Assembly: GCA_002269645.1 (NCBI GenBank)
Contig: NIVC01004592.1
Location: forward strand, 1 to 41,074
From: Macrostomum lignano
Taxonomy: Eukaryota
DNA: 41,074 nt
Direction of reading: 5' to 3'
Below are positions 24,125 to 34,350 of the stretch, piece by piece. The translations under genes and the position numbers were made by a program. The notes beneath the pieces were generated by a model. It saw only the letters and a program-made list of their open reading frames with translations. It searched no databases and had not been told where the DNA came from. How positions within the stretch are numbered: the first letter of the stretch is position 1; each line of letters starts with the position of its first letter.

Positions 24125-24400
24125 ATCCCATCCTTTTGTAATCCCATCTCACCCAGTTGGAATCCCTTCTCATCCTTTTGTAATCCCATCTTATTTGTTG
24201 GAATCCCTTCTCATCCAGTTGGAATCCCATCTCACCCAGTTGGAATCACATCCTTTACAGAGGATTCCAAAAGAATTGAAGAAGGACCATCCATTCGGTT
24301 GGAATCTCTCAACGAATGGAATCCTCCCATTCGGTTGCACTTATCTCAGGTTGCACCCATCTGGATGGAATCCCATCCCATCTGGTTGGAATCCCAGCTC
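24125..24400. repeat. Degenerate GGAATCCCATC/CCCAGTT repeats in ZYG11 first intron
   Basis: Multiple TTGGAATCCC(A/T)TC units with short duplications. Confidence 0.75.
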
Positions 24401-24402
24401 AC

Positions 24403-24678
24403 TCAGCTTGCCCATCGAATTCAAAAGCTTGTCAGCCACAGCCGGGCACAGGTAGGGCACCCTCATAGAAGGAGATGCGCCCGCAGCCAGCGGTGGAATC
24501 CGGCGAGGTCCCGCAGGCCACGGGAGGTCAGCAAGCGGACGCAGAGATCCTCTAAGCTGGGAGGAATTGAAGGCGACTGAGAGGCGGCTGCAGCTGCGGC
24601 CGCCGCGGAAGCCGAAGCGGCGGAGCCTTGCGGCGCGGCGGCAGCTGCGGCCACCGAGGGCTGGTGCCGATGGCTCAT
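24403..24678 (-). CDS. ZYG11: ZYG11-family protein, first exon (frame-disrupted as assembled)
   Basis: The ORF from ATG 24678 has a BC-box-like PPSLEDLCVRLL and stops at 24463. YLCPAVADKLLNSMGKL (ZYG11B FPQEVADRLLRTM) lies in another frame starting at ATG 24466. GTGAGC donor at 24402. Confidence 0.7.
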
Positions 24679-26260
24679 GTCAATGGCTGCTGTCTGCTAG
24701 GTCGCCAATTCCTCCGGAGTAATTTGTACAACAAAGGAAAGTAGTGACTATTCTGGATGTTCGCAGGCCGCTAGCAATAATAAGTGTTACAAAATGCGGA
24801 CAGGTCTCATCAAGCAATAAAATCGAATGGTATTAATAATAAGAATAGCTACTATTAGTAGTCAGAATATTTGAAATAATTTCTTTTTCTAGGCCTTGCC
24901 TTGGAGAACATTATTCTATTTAATTGTATATTTTATCACTCTATATTTATGAATTGAAGTCAATGAGAGCTTTGTGAGCTTATGAAAGTAGCAATGTTTT
25001 TCAAAATTTTGAACCTATTATAATGTTATTTTTGTAAATATTAAAATAATTACATTTACATTAATTTAAATACCAGACTTAATCATATTAGTAGCTTAAT
25101 AGTTGCGTCATATGAAAAATTGGCATTTTAATACTTAGAAGTTATTGTCTTACATTAGCTAGTTATATCAATTTATAGTGTCTAGACCTTTGATCTCCTA
25201 TGTGCAAAACTTTGATATCATTGTTTCATATCAAGCCAGCATATGCTGTATGCACAAGGTTAAGCAGCAATCTTGTTAGTGTTCTATATAGATTAGCCAG
25301 AAATTATTACTATGGTATAAGCAAATATAAGATAGCTATTTTGTCAGCCATAATCCAGATGGTACAGTAGGCTAGCTAGGCTTATAATGCCAGAAAATGT
25401 ATCATAATTTAACTTATTACTATCAATATCTTAACTTAAGACTTAAATGTTAAATAAATGAATTTCAGAAAAAATTCTTTTTAGCAATATATAATTTTTT
25501 ATTGTATTTTTTTCTAGTACTATAATTTTTTACTAATTTTTTAATGGACTATAGTGCTTTACCTTTATCTATATTCTATTTGTAAGTAGAATATATTATC
25601 TTCTGATGCTTCTTTTTACTTTTGTTGGTTTGTCTTTATTGACAATAATATAGTTAACTCTTTCATTACAATTCTACTATGGCAACTGATGTGGAAATGA
25701 TAGAAAGCTGGCCTTCTGCAATATATTTGAACCACTGATCAAAATTGGCATTGGAAATAAGTTATATGATGCACTCAGACCTTGGTGAAATTGAAGAGTG
25801 CATTTGGCTTTATCTAAAGGATAGCAGCACCTATTGAAAGCAGCCAGACAAGTGCCTATCAGCAGATAGGCAGGAAGATGATAGCGCTGGACATTTAGCT
25901 ACATGTGACAACTGTAAATTTATAATAGGAAAGTGCAGCACTTAGCAGTTGTCATCAGAGTCAGAAGCCTTTGAAGATGCAACTATTTGATTATTGCTTA
26001 TAATAATAGTCTAAATTGCTCACAATTTCCACTCATAATTTATGCATTTATTGCTTAATACCTTGAATTGTGTACTACTACCTCCTATTCTCACTTATTC
26101 ACCCAATTGCTCAAACAATAATTATGGTTTTGTTTTGCTAGAAGCAAATGTCTAATAATGATAACTGAACACTGGCGCATCTTGTACTTTTCCCATTTTT
26201 ATATGCCAAACAACTTGACACTGATTTTATAACATAAAATGCTGTTTAGCAACAATTATA

Positions 26261-26637
26261 CATGCGCAAAAGTCGGCCGAGCCGGCCGAGCCGGCCGATC
26301 CGGCCGACCGATTTGGCAGCCAACCAAGTAAGTTGCAAAAATGCCCACCCGAAAAAAAACACAAAGTAGTAGTACTAAGTAGCTGACGAGGCATTTTAGC
26401 TTTATAAGAGGCTCATAGTTACTCCTGCCGTTTACCCAAAGTTGCGTTTATTTGCTTTCCGGTTTTTTAACATGTAAGTTGCATTTTTTGGCCAAAAACT
26501 ACGTCGCATTTTTGTTAAAACTAAGTCGCCGAATTAGTTTTAGGAGAGGAGAGGGAATAAAGGGAAAGAGAGGAGTAGATAAGGGAGAAAATAGGAGAGA
26601 AGAGGTGAGGCCGACCGAATTTTGGAGGTTGCGCATG
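26261..26637. mobile_element. MITE-like element with TA-flanked terminal inverted repeats
   Basis: TA-CATGCGCAA...TTGCGCATG-TA, with subterminal TCGGCC motifs at both ends; no ORF of note. Confidence 0.6.
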
Positions 26638-27852
26638 TATGGCAACAATACATATTCTACTAGTTGATTTCTATATTATACCAAACTTCAGAGTAGCCAA
26701 AAATATATACTAATGCAACATTTAAAAAATGTTAAATAGACATCAAATGCATGCCAAAGTAGTATTGGTTTTAACTAACAATTTAACATTGATCAGCCAG
26801 CAAAGTACTTTGTTGAATCAAAGGAAAATATTTGACATTGACCTAACAAAAAGCTACATAGTGGGTTAGCTTAAGAATTACAAAATCATAATCTTCTGTC
26901 AACACCAGGATTATTAAGATTGGGATATCCTAGCCAAAGAAAATCTTAGGATTATCTATCCCAGTAAGTCCTAAGTATTTGTAATCCTAGGATCCTGAGG
27001 AATTATAATAGGATTATAGTAGAGATTTAACAATTACAAACAAGTAACAACAATAAGCTAGAAATATTTATATCAATAACAAATGATTTCATAAGCTAAC
27101 TATACTTGTTGAAATTGTAATACACTACCTTTCTTTTGTTCTGAATTAACCTATAGATTATTTTTTCTTTTGTATAGCTACATGTCGCTGTTTCAATTTC
27201 ACCAATTTATTCCAAAAGTAACAATAAAATAAGTTCCATAAATTAATAATATTAGTATAGGAAAGGATTTTGGTATATAAATAATATAAATTCATGCTAA
27301 ATCAAATAAAAATAGAGAATAATAAATTCAAGTTAAACCCAGCCAGTTGATCAGTTGATTGAACTACGAGCAGCTTTAGATATAAGAAGATAAGACTTAA
27401 GAGTCTAACAAGAAAGATTGCTATAGAGAGCAGAGATCCTAGGATTCATAAATTTTTTATATCTTAGGATTTTGAATCCTAGCAATAATCCTAGGCCTAT
27501 CATTTATCAAACCTAGTAAGTTCTAACAAATTTTAATCCTAGGATAAAATCCCAAAATTTTGCTAGAATTAAGCAGCTCCCTTGGCCTCCCTATCCCACT
27601 TCTATTCCTACCTCTATTTCCTAGCAGGCAGATGAATCATTTTAGTAAGGCTTTTTGTCTACTTAGCAAACTATCAGTAGGTGAATAAAATAGAATCTTT
27701 ATAAGGGTTAATGGTTGTTTTGTCTGCTTGTTTGCCATTTTTTGTCTTCAAAATATAATGCAGTCATTTTGTCTATCACAGAATATTAAGACTAAGGTAT
27801 GATGCAAATATATATAATATTGAAAATAAATATCTGTATGTCCTAAAAAATA

Positions 27853-29395
27853 TAAGGGGTGTTGCAAAATTTTCTGGACTAGTGTTTGCTAAAGCACAAT
27901 TCTTATCAGATTTGGATGAGCTTTCATCCATAAACTATTTGGTTATTAATAAGTAGCAGGCTAAAATTTTGCATGACTAGGATAAACACACCTACATTAG
28001 AGCCAAGTTAAGCCTAAGGGTCTATGTTATTTTACACTATTTCACTCGGAGAATGAGCCGACCAAAAAACCACTCAGATTTTGGTTCAAAAGAAAGTCAA
28101 CGTCACTTCATTATGGCATATCAGCACATGGGTAAGACACCAATGCAGACTTTTAATGAAGTTTGCACTGCTTTTGGTGGTCATGCGTTGGGTCACACAC
28201 AAGTGCTTGCCCACCACCGACTTGCTGCTAATGGTCAAACAAGTGTTGCTGATGCTGCTCACTCTGGCTATCCACGTTCCAGCACAGATGACAAAAATGT
28301 GGCTACCATGTTCTAATATTCGGAGGCAAACCCATCTGCACGTATGCATGAAGTGGAGAGTGTGTGCAGCGTTCACTACTCGTCTGTGAGTCACATTCTC
28401 CAACACCATGGCTGGTTGAAGATTTGTGCTAAGTGGGTGCCACAAGAGCTGACAGAAGAACACAAAAAAGCATGGGTGCAATGTTTGGCAGACAACTGGG
28501 CTATATGGAATGAGCTTGGTGATGAGAAGTTCAAGGAGCTTGTAATCACAATGGATGAGACACCGCTGCCAATGTTTAATCCACTGACAAAGCAGCACTT
28601 GATACAATGGGGCCAAAGGGATAGCACCCACACACAAAGGCCATGAAGTCAGCCTAGACCCAGAACATCATGTGCAGAGTGTGGTGCAATGCACACGGCG
28701 TGCTACTTGTTGACTACCTACCCAGGGCTAGACAATCAATGCCAACTATGTGATTAACCAGCTTGAGCAACTGCGTGCTACCATTCTATCCAAGTGCCGA
28801 ATCATATATCAGAAGCCATTCATCCTTTGGGACAACACATATCTGCATGCCATTGCTTGCACTTTTGCCAAGGTGGAAGAGCTGGGCTTTTGTCAGCTAA
28901 GTCACCCAGCCTACAGTCCCGACATTGCGATTGCCGACTTCCATCTCTTTGGTCCAATGAAGTTGCCGATGTGTAGGCAAGTTTTCACAACACGTCAGGT
29001 TATTGATGCCGCTAATGCATTGCTGCACCAGCTGGACTCCAGCTTCTGGAAGGCTGGGTTTAACAATCTGATTGAACACTATCAGAAGTGTATAGCATTT
29101 AATGATGAATATATGGAACGCAACAGTGCTGGGCCAAACAAAGAATGACATCAGTGACAGTGATTGGTAGGGATCAATGGCAGCTAGAACTTTGGTACAG
29201 TGATTTATAGTGAAAGGACACTGATTGATTGCGACATGTTTTAAATTGTTGCTTTTTGTTCCATTTGACACTAATAAAGCATAATAATGTGTTCCTTTAC
29301 TGTTTTTGACAAATTGTTTTAGAATATTACCTAGAAATTTCCCTTGCTATCATTGCATTGAGAAATGCACCTATAGGAAATTGCAATACCCCTCA
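27853..29395 (+). mobile_element. Mariner (Tc1/mariner) DNA transposon, full-length but decayed
   Basis: TA-TAAGGGGTGTTGCAAAA at the left and TTGCAATACCCCTCA-TA at the right (imperfect TIRs, TA TSD), enclosing a transposase pseudogene. Confidence 0.85.
28053..29148 (+). pseudogene. Mariner DD34D transposase pseudogene
   Basis: HTH region, KWVPQEL, ITMDET, WDNTYLH and HPAYSPDIAIADFHLF, with 34 residues between the last two Asp; broken by stops (28314, 28644) and frameshifts. Confidence 0.93.
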
Positions 29396-29840
29396 TACTT
29401 ATAGTGGTAGTGAAGATAAAGAACTCATTATGTTAGAAGCATGAGTGTATATGTATCTAAAAAATTGATTTTTTCCAAGTGACCCAAACATTGACCTATA
29501 GGCTATAATTGTAACTTTTTGTTTATAACAAGTAAGCATTACAACAGGGATAGCAAATACATTATCATCATTAGATAAGGCTTATAACAGCCAACTAATT
29601 GTATTTAACTGCTAACTCCTACCTTTAATATTTGTAACCACAGCTTATAACTTTTTTTTCTCAACAGAAATTTAAATTTTAATACTTAGAAAGATTACAA
29701 TAATTAATAAACAAATTACGCCTGCAAAAAATTATATTGTATAATAACTATTTTTGGTTTTGCATGACTTGTAATATCTAAATTTGAAAAATTAGCTTTA
29801 TAAGCTATGTAACTAAATTTTCATTTTTTTCTGTTGAACA

Positions 29841-29885
29841 AGTCATTTTGTCTGCTGGCAAACAAAACCAGCAGACAAAATGGCT
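29841..29885. repeat. Perfect 15-bp inverted repeat (hairpin)
   Basis: CATTTTGTCTGCTGG-CAAACAAAA-CCAGCAGACAAAATG. Confidence 0.9.
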
Positions 29886-31329
29886 GCACACCCTCATAAG
29901 TACTTTAATTAAAATGCCACACTTAGAGATATGACAACCCTTTATCCCTTTGGCTTCATACCAAAGAAAATCATATAAATTATAATTAATAACTTAATAA
30001 ATACTTACATAGATAGGCCAATTTATTAAAAATAACAGGAATAATACTGAGATTTCTGATAGTGATAGAACTAACTGATATGCAAAACAAATTAGGCTGA
30101 GCCCATCCATGGTCATACTCATAATATGCTCTTGAGAATTTCAAGCACTAAAAAAATTGCAAAATGATCTAAATATATCATTGCTTATAGTTATAGATAG
30201 GCATAGTCAAAGAACAGTGAATGAGAATGAAACAAACAAACCAAAGTAAAAGGTTTTGATTCTTTTAAAATAAATTATGAACATATTTTTTACATTCGAA
30301 GACTTTACTTGAGCATCAGTGGACACATCAAACTAAAATCTAAGCCTACAGCTACAGTTTGGCCAAACTGAAATTTTCGTTCGTCACTTAAAAATAATAA
30401 AAAAGTCCGTTGCAGAAAACCTTTCTGTTTCAATAACTGTTGCATTTCGGTATGAGTATGACTGAAATCCACTTTGAAGTATTAGTTTAAAAAACGCAGA
30501 CAATCCAATTCCGGTGACCACTACATCCTCAGAGCAGAGAGCTTACTAACTGCCTACCAAAGCGTTACTTTACACTTTACTTAACATCAACGTACGGTAC
30601 GGACAATTCCTTGTCATTTTTCTAAGAAATACTTATTCTTCCACTTTAAAGTCAATCTAAGATTGGGTATAACAATATTAAATAATCGCTTTAACAATTT
30701 ATTGCTTAAAAAATATGAATTTAATAAATTAAAATATTGTTTTTATTTTTTTTGTAATTTTGGCTATTTTCTAGTCCGGCAAAAATATAATAATCGCTGT
30801 ACTGTAAACCATAAAAACCCGTCACTATGAAAGAAATTTAACCTTAATCACTATAAAAACAATAACCTTATAAGCTATTTTCACACAACTACAACTGTAT
30901 CCACACATTGATCAGCACATGCACGTCTGATCCAAAGCATAGGCATGGGCTGCTAACACTGTATAGTGGTATTTATTGCAGAATTTCCAATATGTAAATA
31001 CATGATGGGTTTCGGCCTTTTCGGCTCCTTAAGGGAAGCCTTCAGGCCCCAGGTCTCAGAAATAAATCAATTAGAGTCCTGGCCCTCCACTCCAGTCAGA
31101 TTGGTCAGCCCCATGGTAGCTTGATCTGTGGCGAGCAGTCTAGGTCCTATAGCTAGGAGAAGACAGCGAGAGACAATTAAGCAGCGAGAATTTCTAAGGT
31201 AGAGAATAGCTAATCCGCAGATTAACTAACCCGCTGCCACCAGCCCGTGCGTTCTGGCTCACCAAACCGGAACTTTCGAAATCGGGCTGCCGATGATAAG
31301 GGACACTGCCCCCAAGCAACAATTGGTTA

Positions 31330-31520
31330 ACGACGCGGCACCCCGAGGTTCTCCCGAGTTCGGGCCGACGTCGGCTGGTCGACTTTAGCATGGCCGATCG
31401 CCCAGTGGCAAAGCCGCGCTCGGCCCGAGCTCGGCCCGCCGAGATCGGGCCGAGCTCGGCGGGTTGACGGCGGTTCTAGCTCGGGCCGACGACCTCGGGC
31501 CGAGGTCGGCTGACCGCGGT
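31330..31520. repeat. GC-rich cluster of CTCGGC/GCCGAG palindromic motifs (probable MITE end)
   Basis: Repeated CTCGGCCCGAG, GGGCCGAGCTCGGC and CTCGGGCCGAG; the partner end was not found. Confidence 0.5.
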
Positions 31521-32153
31521 AATGCCGAGTAGCTTTGCACTATACTTTGTATTCAGCTTTTATAAAGCTTATATTGCTTCTTACAGATTGACTACATGTA
31601 GTGCCACTTTCACTTTCTATCACTTGTTGTTCTGTACAATTCGGTATTACATGAAAAAGAAAAGGTGAATGGGAAAACGACATGACACGAATCGATTTAA
31701 AAGTCCCAAGTCATTCCTAGCATATGTTAGTGTATTGCAGTGGTAATGTATATGAGCCTAGTTTAACTATTTTAATTGATTTCCCCTCGGAATTAGATAC
31801 GTAAGATATATTAGATATCCACCAGACTCAGTTCCTCGATCTATAGCTCTGCACAAATATACACAACCAACAACCAACCATGTCCAGGATTAAATGATTG
31901 TGAAATAAGAACGATTTAGAAGAACTTAAAATAATTGAATTAAAAGAAAACCGCAACAGTAAATCCACCACAAGCACACTAGTGTATTATCAAATGCTAT
32001 TAATGATACAAGATTAACTTTTCAACCAATAAGCAAGAAAACAAAGAGAAAAAGTTGCTAAACAGTTGAAAACAGAGGTTGGGTTAAGGGTTGTGATACG
32101 GATTTGGTTGAGCATTATTTAACATTATAAACTGTAAAGACTTCACTTTAGAT

Positions 32154-32905
32154 TGTAGAACGAGACGCTTGATACGAGGAAAGCGACTGCAATTTATATT
32201 GTAAATATTGAGCACGATACATTGGGTGTAAGAGGCTTAAGGGTGGAAAGCAAGAGCGGCCAGAATGCAGAGCGCACATAAGAATGTACAGCGAAATATC
32301 GCAGAAGGGAGCACGCAGCGAAACTGGTAAAAAACCACCTCAAAACACGGAGTAAAAACAAGCTAACAAAACAAACAACAATTTGCCCAGCCAAGTCACC
32401 ACACTCCCCACAAATTGATTAAGCGTTGGATAAAAACGAGAATAAAAGACGTTCACAGTCCATAGAGGAACAGTCCATAGTCACTGGTAGCGCAGCTGGT
32501 CAGGTTCAGCTCTCGCCCTGGTCGAATGTCGAAGTGGCGCCGCGGAGCAGCTCAACTCTGGCGCCTGGCCAGGCGTCTCCGCAGGGGCCTCCGGTTGATT
32601 GTCAGGCACCTCGGCACATGGCGGCTGCTCGACTTTCGAAGGCGTCGCAGGCTCCAGCGGCTTGCACACTTGATCAATGTGCCAATGGACCTCTCGACCA
32701 TCCTCAAACTGGCAAAAGAAAGACGCAGCCCCACAGCAGTCGGTCACAACAGCAGGCTTCCAGCTGCCGTCAGCAGCAAAGTCCCTCTTGACGACTGCGT
32801 CACCCATCTCAATGCGACAGTCATGGGCATAGGCATCGTGCTGCTGCTTCTGCATTGCTTGTAATCTTGGGAGAATCTCATCCCATTTTCTCAGAGTGTT
32901 GTATC
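32154..32905 (-). mobile_element. 3' remnant of a Ty3/gypsy LTR retrotransposon (integrase end, PPT, 3' LTR)
   Basis: KWDEILPRLQ...GDAVVKRDF...WKPAVV...HWHIDQV...LRHSTRARAEPDQL resembles K02A2.6-like integrase C-termini. PPT GGGGAG at 32409-32404 abuts TGTGGTGAC; probable LTR end CTACA at 32154. Confidence 0.8.
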
Positions 32906-34350
32906 TAGAACATCAAGGGGGTTTGGGTCAAATGGAGTCAAATTCATAGATGGAAAACACAAAATGATACACAAATCTGGCCTATAGTGTAAAACTGATG
33001 CCAAATGTGGCATAGGGCCCTAGTATATAAAAATAGCATGAAGATCTAATCTATAGTGCAAAAATAAAGTAAAACCTATAACATTTAAATAAGTTTACTA
33101 TAGTTATACAAAAAAGTCATAAGAAACATAACATAGTATAATATGAATACTATGAATCTATCTAAAAAAGTAAAAAATCTAGTCTATATAGCAAAATTTC
33201 ATTAAACTGCTTGCTATGGTATGCAAAATTGGCATTATATCCTGGCTAAAGATAAATGCTGCCCTAAATTAACTGATAGAATATAACTCATAGATGGCAT
33301 GAAACTGCCATTAACAAATTCTTAAAAAATAAGGAGCTACTAAATAATATAGTAGGGATCATAATATCATAAGAAACAAAAATCCTAGCTTTAGGCCATT
33401 TTAGGCCCTAGACTTTCCAAAATCACATGATTTATGACCTAATCTAGATATCATTCCTACAGTTAAGTTAGGCCTATGGTAGCTCATATTGCAATCCTAT
33501 ACTTTTCAACATTTTATTATGAAAACATGATTTTTGTAGATATTTATCCACTTTCAACTCCTAGGGATAGATAACTACTTGATTGCCATTTTGAAAATAG
33601 TTGGTGAATTGCCATCGCAACCGCAATGTCTAATTATTATTATTAAAACATATTCATACGCCTGTTTAAAAATTGTAAGCAGAAACCATTAAACCCAAAA
33701 CAGCAAGTTTACATTGCAATACAGTGTAGTAATCCAAGTAGTTATATAGTTCAGTTAGTTTAGGCTTAACTGTATAAGACTAAATTATGTCTCTGGAATT
33801 TCGTCAGAACATTTAAATTCTTCAAAAGAAGGTGTAAAAAAACAACTACTAAGCTAAATTAATTTTAACGTTAAAAAAACAGCCGTGCAGTGACTACAAT
33901 TGGTTCTGTAGTCCAGCTCAATCCACTCCACGGCTGCCTGTGGATCCACTTGACTAGTCGGGTAATTTTTCTGTAGTGGACATCCGACTAGTAGTCAGGA
34001 GCCGTTAGGTGTCTTGACACTCAGGCCGCTAGCTCACACGAGGCTGGCATAACTGATTTAGGGGCAGATAATGGCAGTCTAAATCTACCACAGCTTACTG
34101 GCGGTGAGAATTATATACAAATAATAAATACAGTACAAAACAGTACAGTACAAATACAGTACATAGTCAGTACAAAAAGTACAATACAATTGAAAAGTAC
34201 GATATGCTACTATCGGAAAACTCCGTATATAACTGTAGTGTGAGCATCTTTGCGTGTATTTTGTTGTAAATTGACTGCATTAGTTTCTATATTGTTATTG
34301 AATTGTTATTTTGCTTTAGTTTAGTCATGCGTTTTTTTGTGTACTTTTTC

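Noticed and set aside
31005-31050. Minus-strand GGCCTGAAGGCTTCCCTTAAGGAGCCGAAAAGGCCGAAAC as a hammerhead, or plus-strand GGCCTTTTCGGC as a histone stem-loop
   Set aside because: CUGANGA is incomplete and no stem III/NUH is in register; the stem-loop lacks the 6-bp histone consensus and there is no histone gene.
33900-34080. tRNA/SINE- or snRNA-like segment with an ACTAGTCGG/CCGACTAGT stem and AATTTTTTCT
   Set aside because: No B-box or cloverleaf and no match to snRNA or spliced-leader motifs I can recall.
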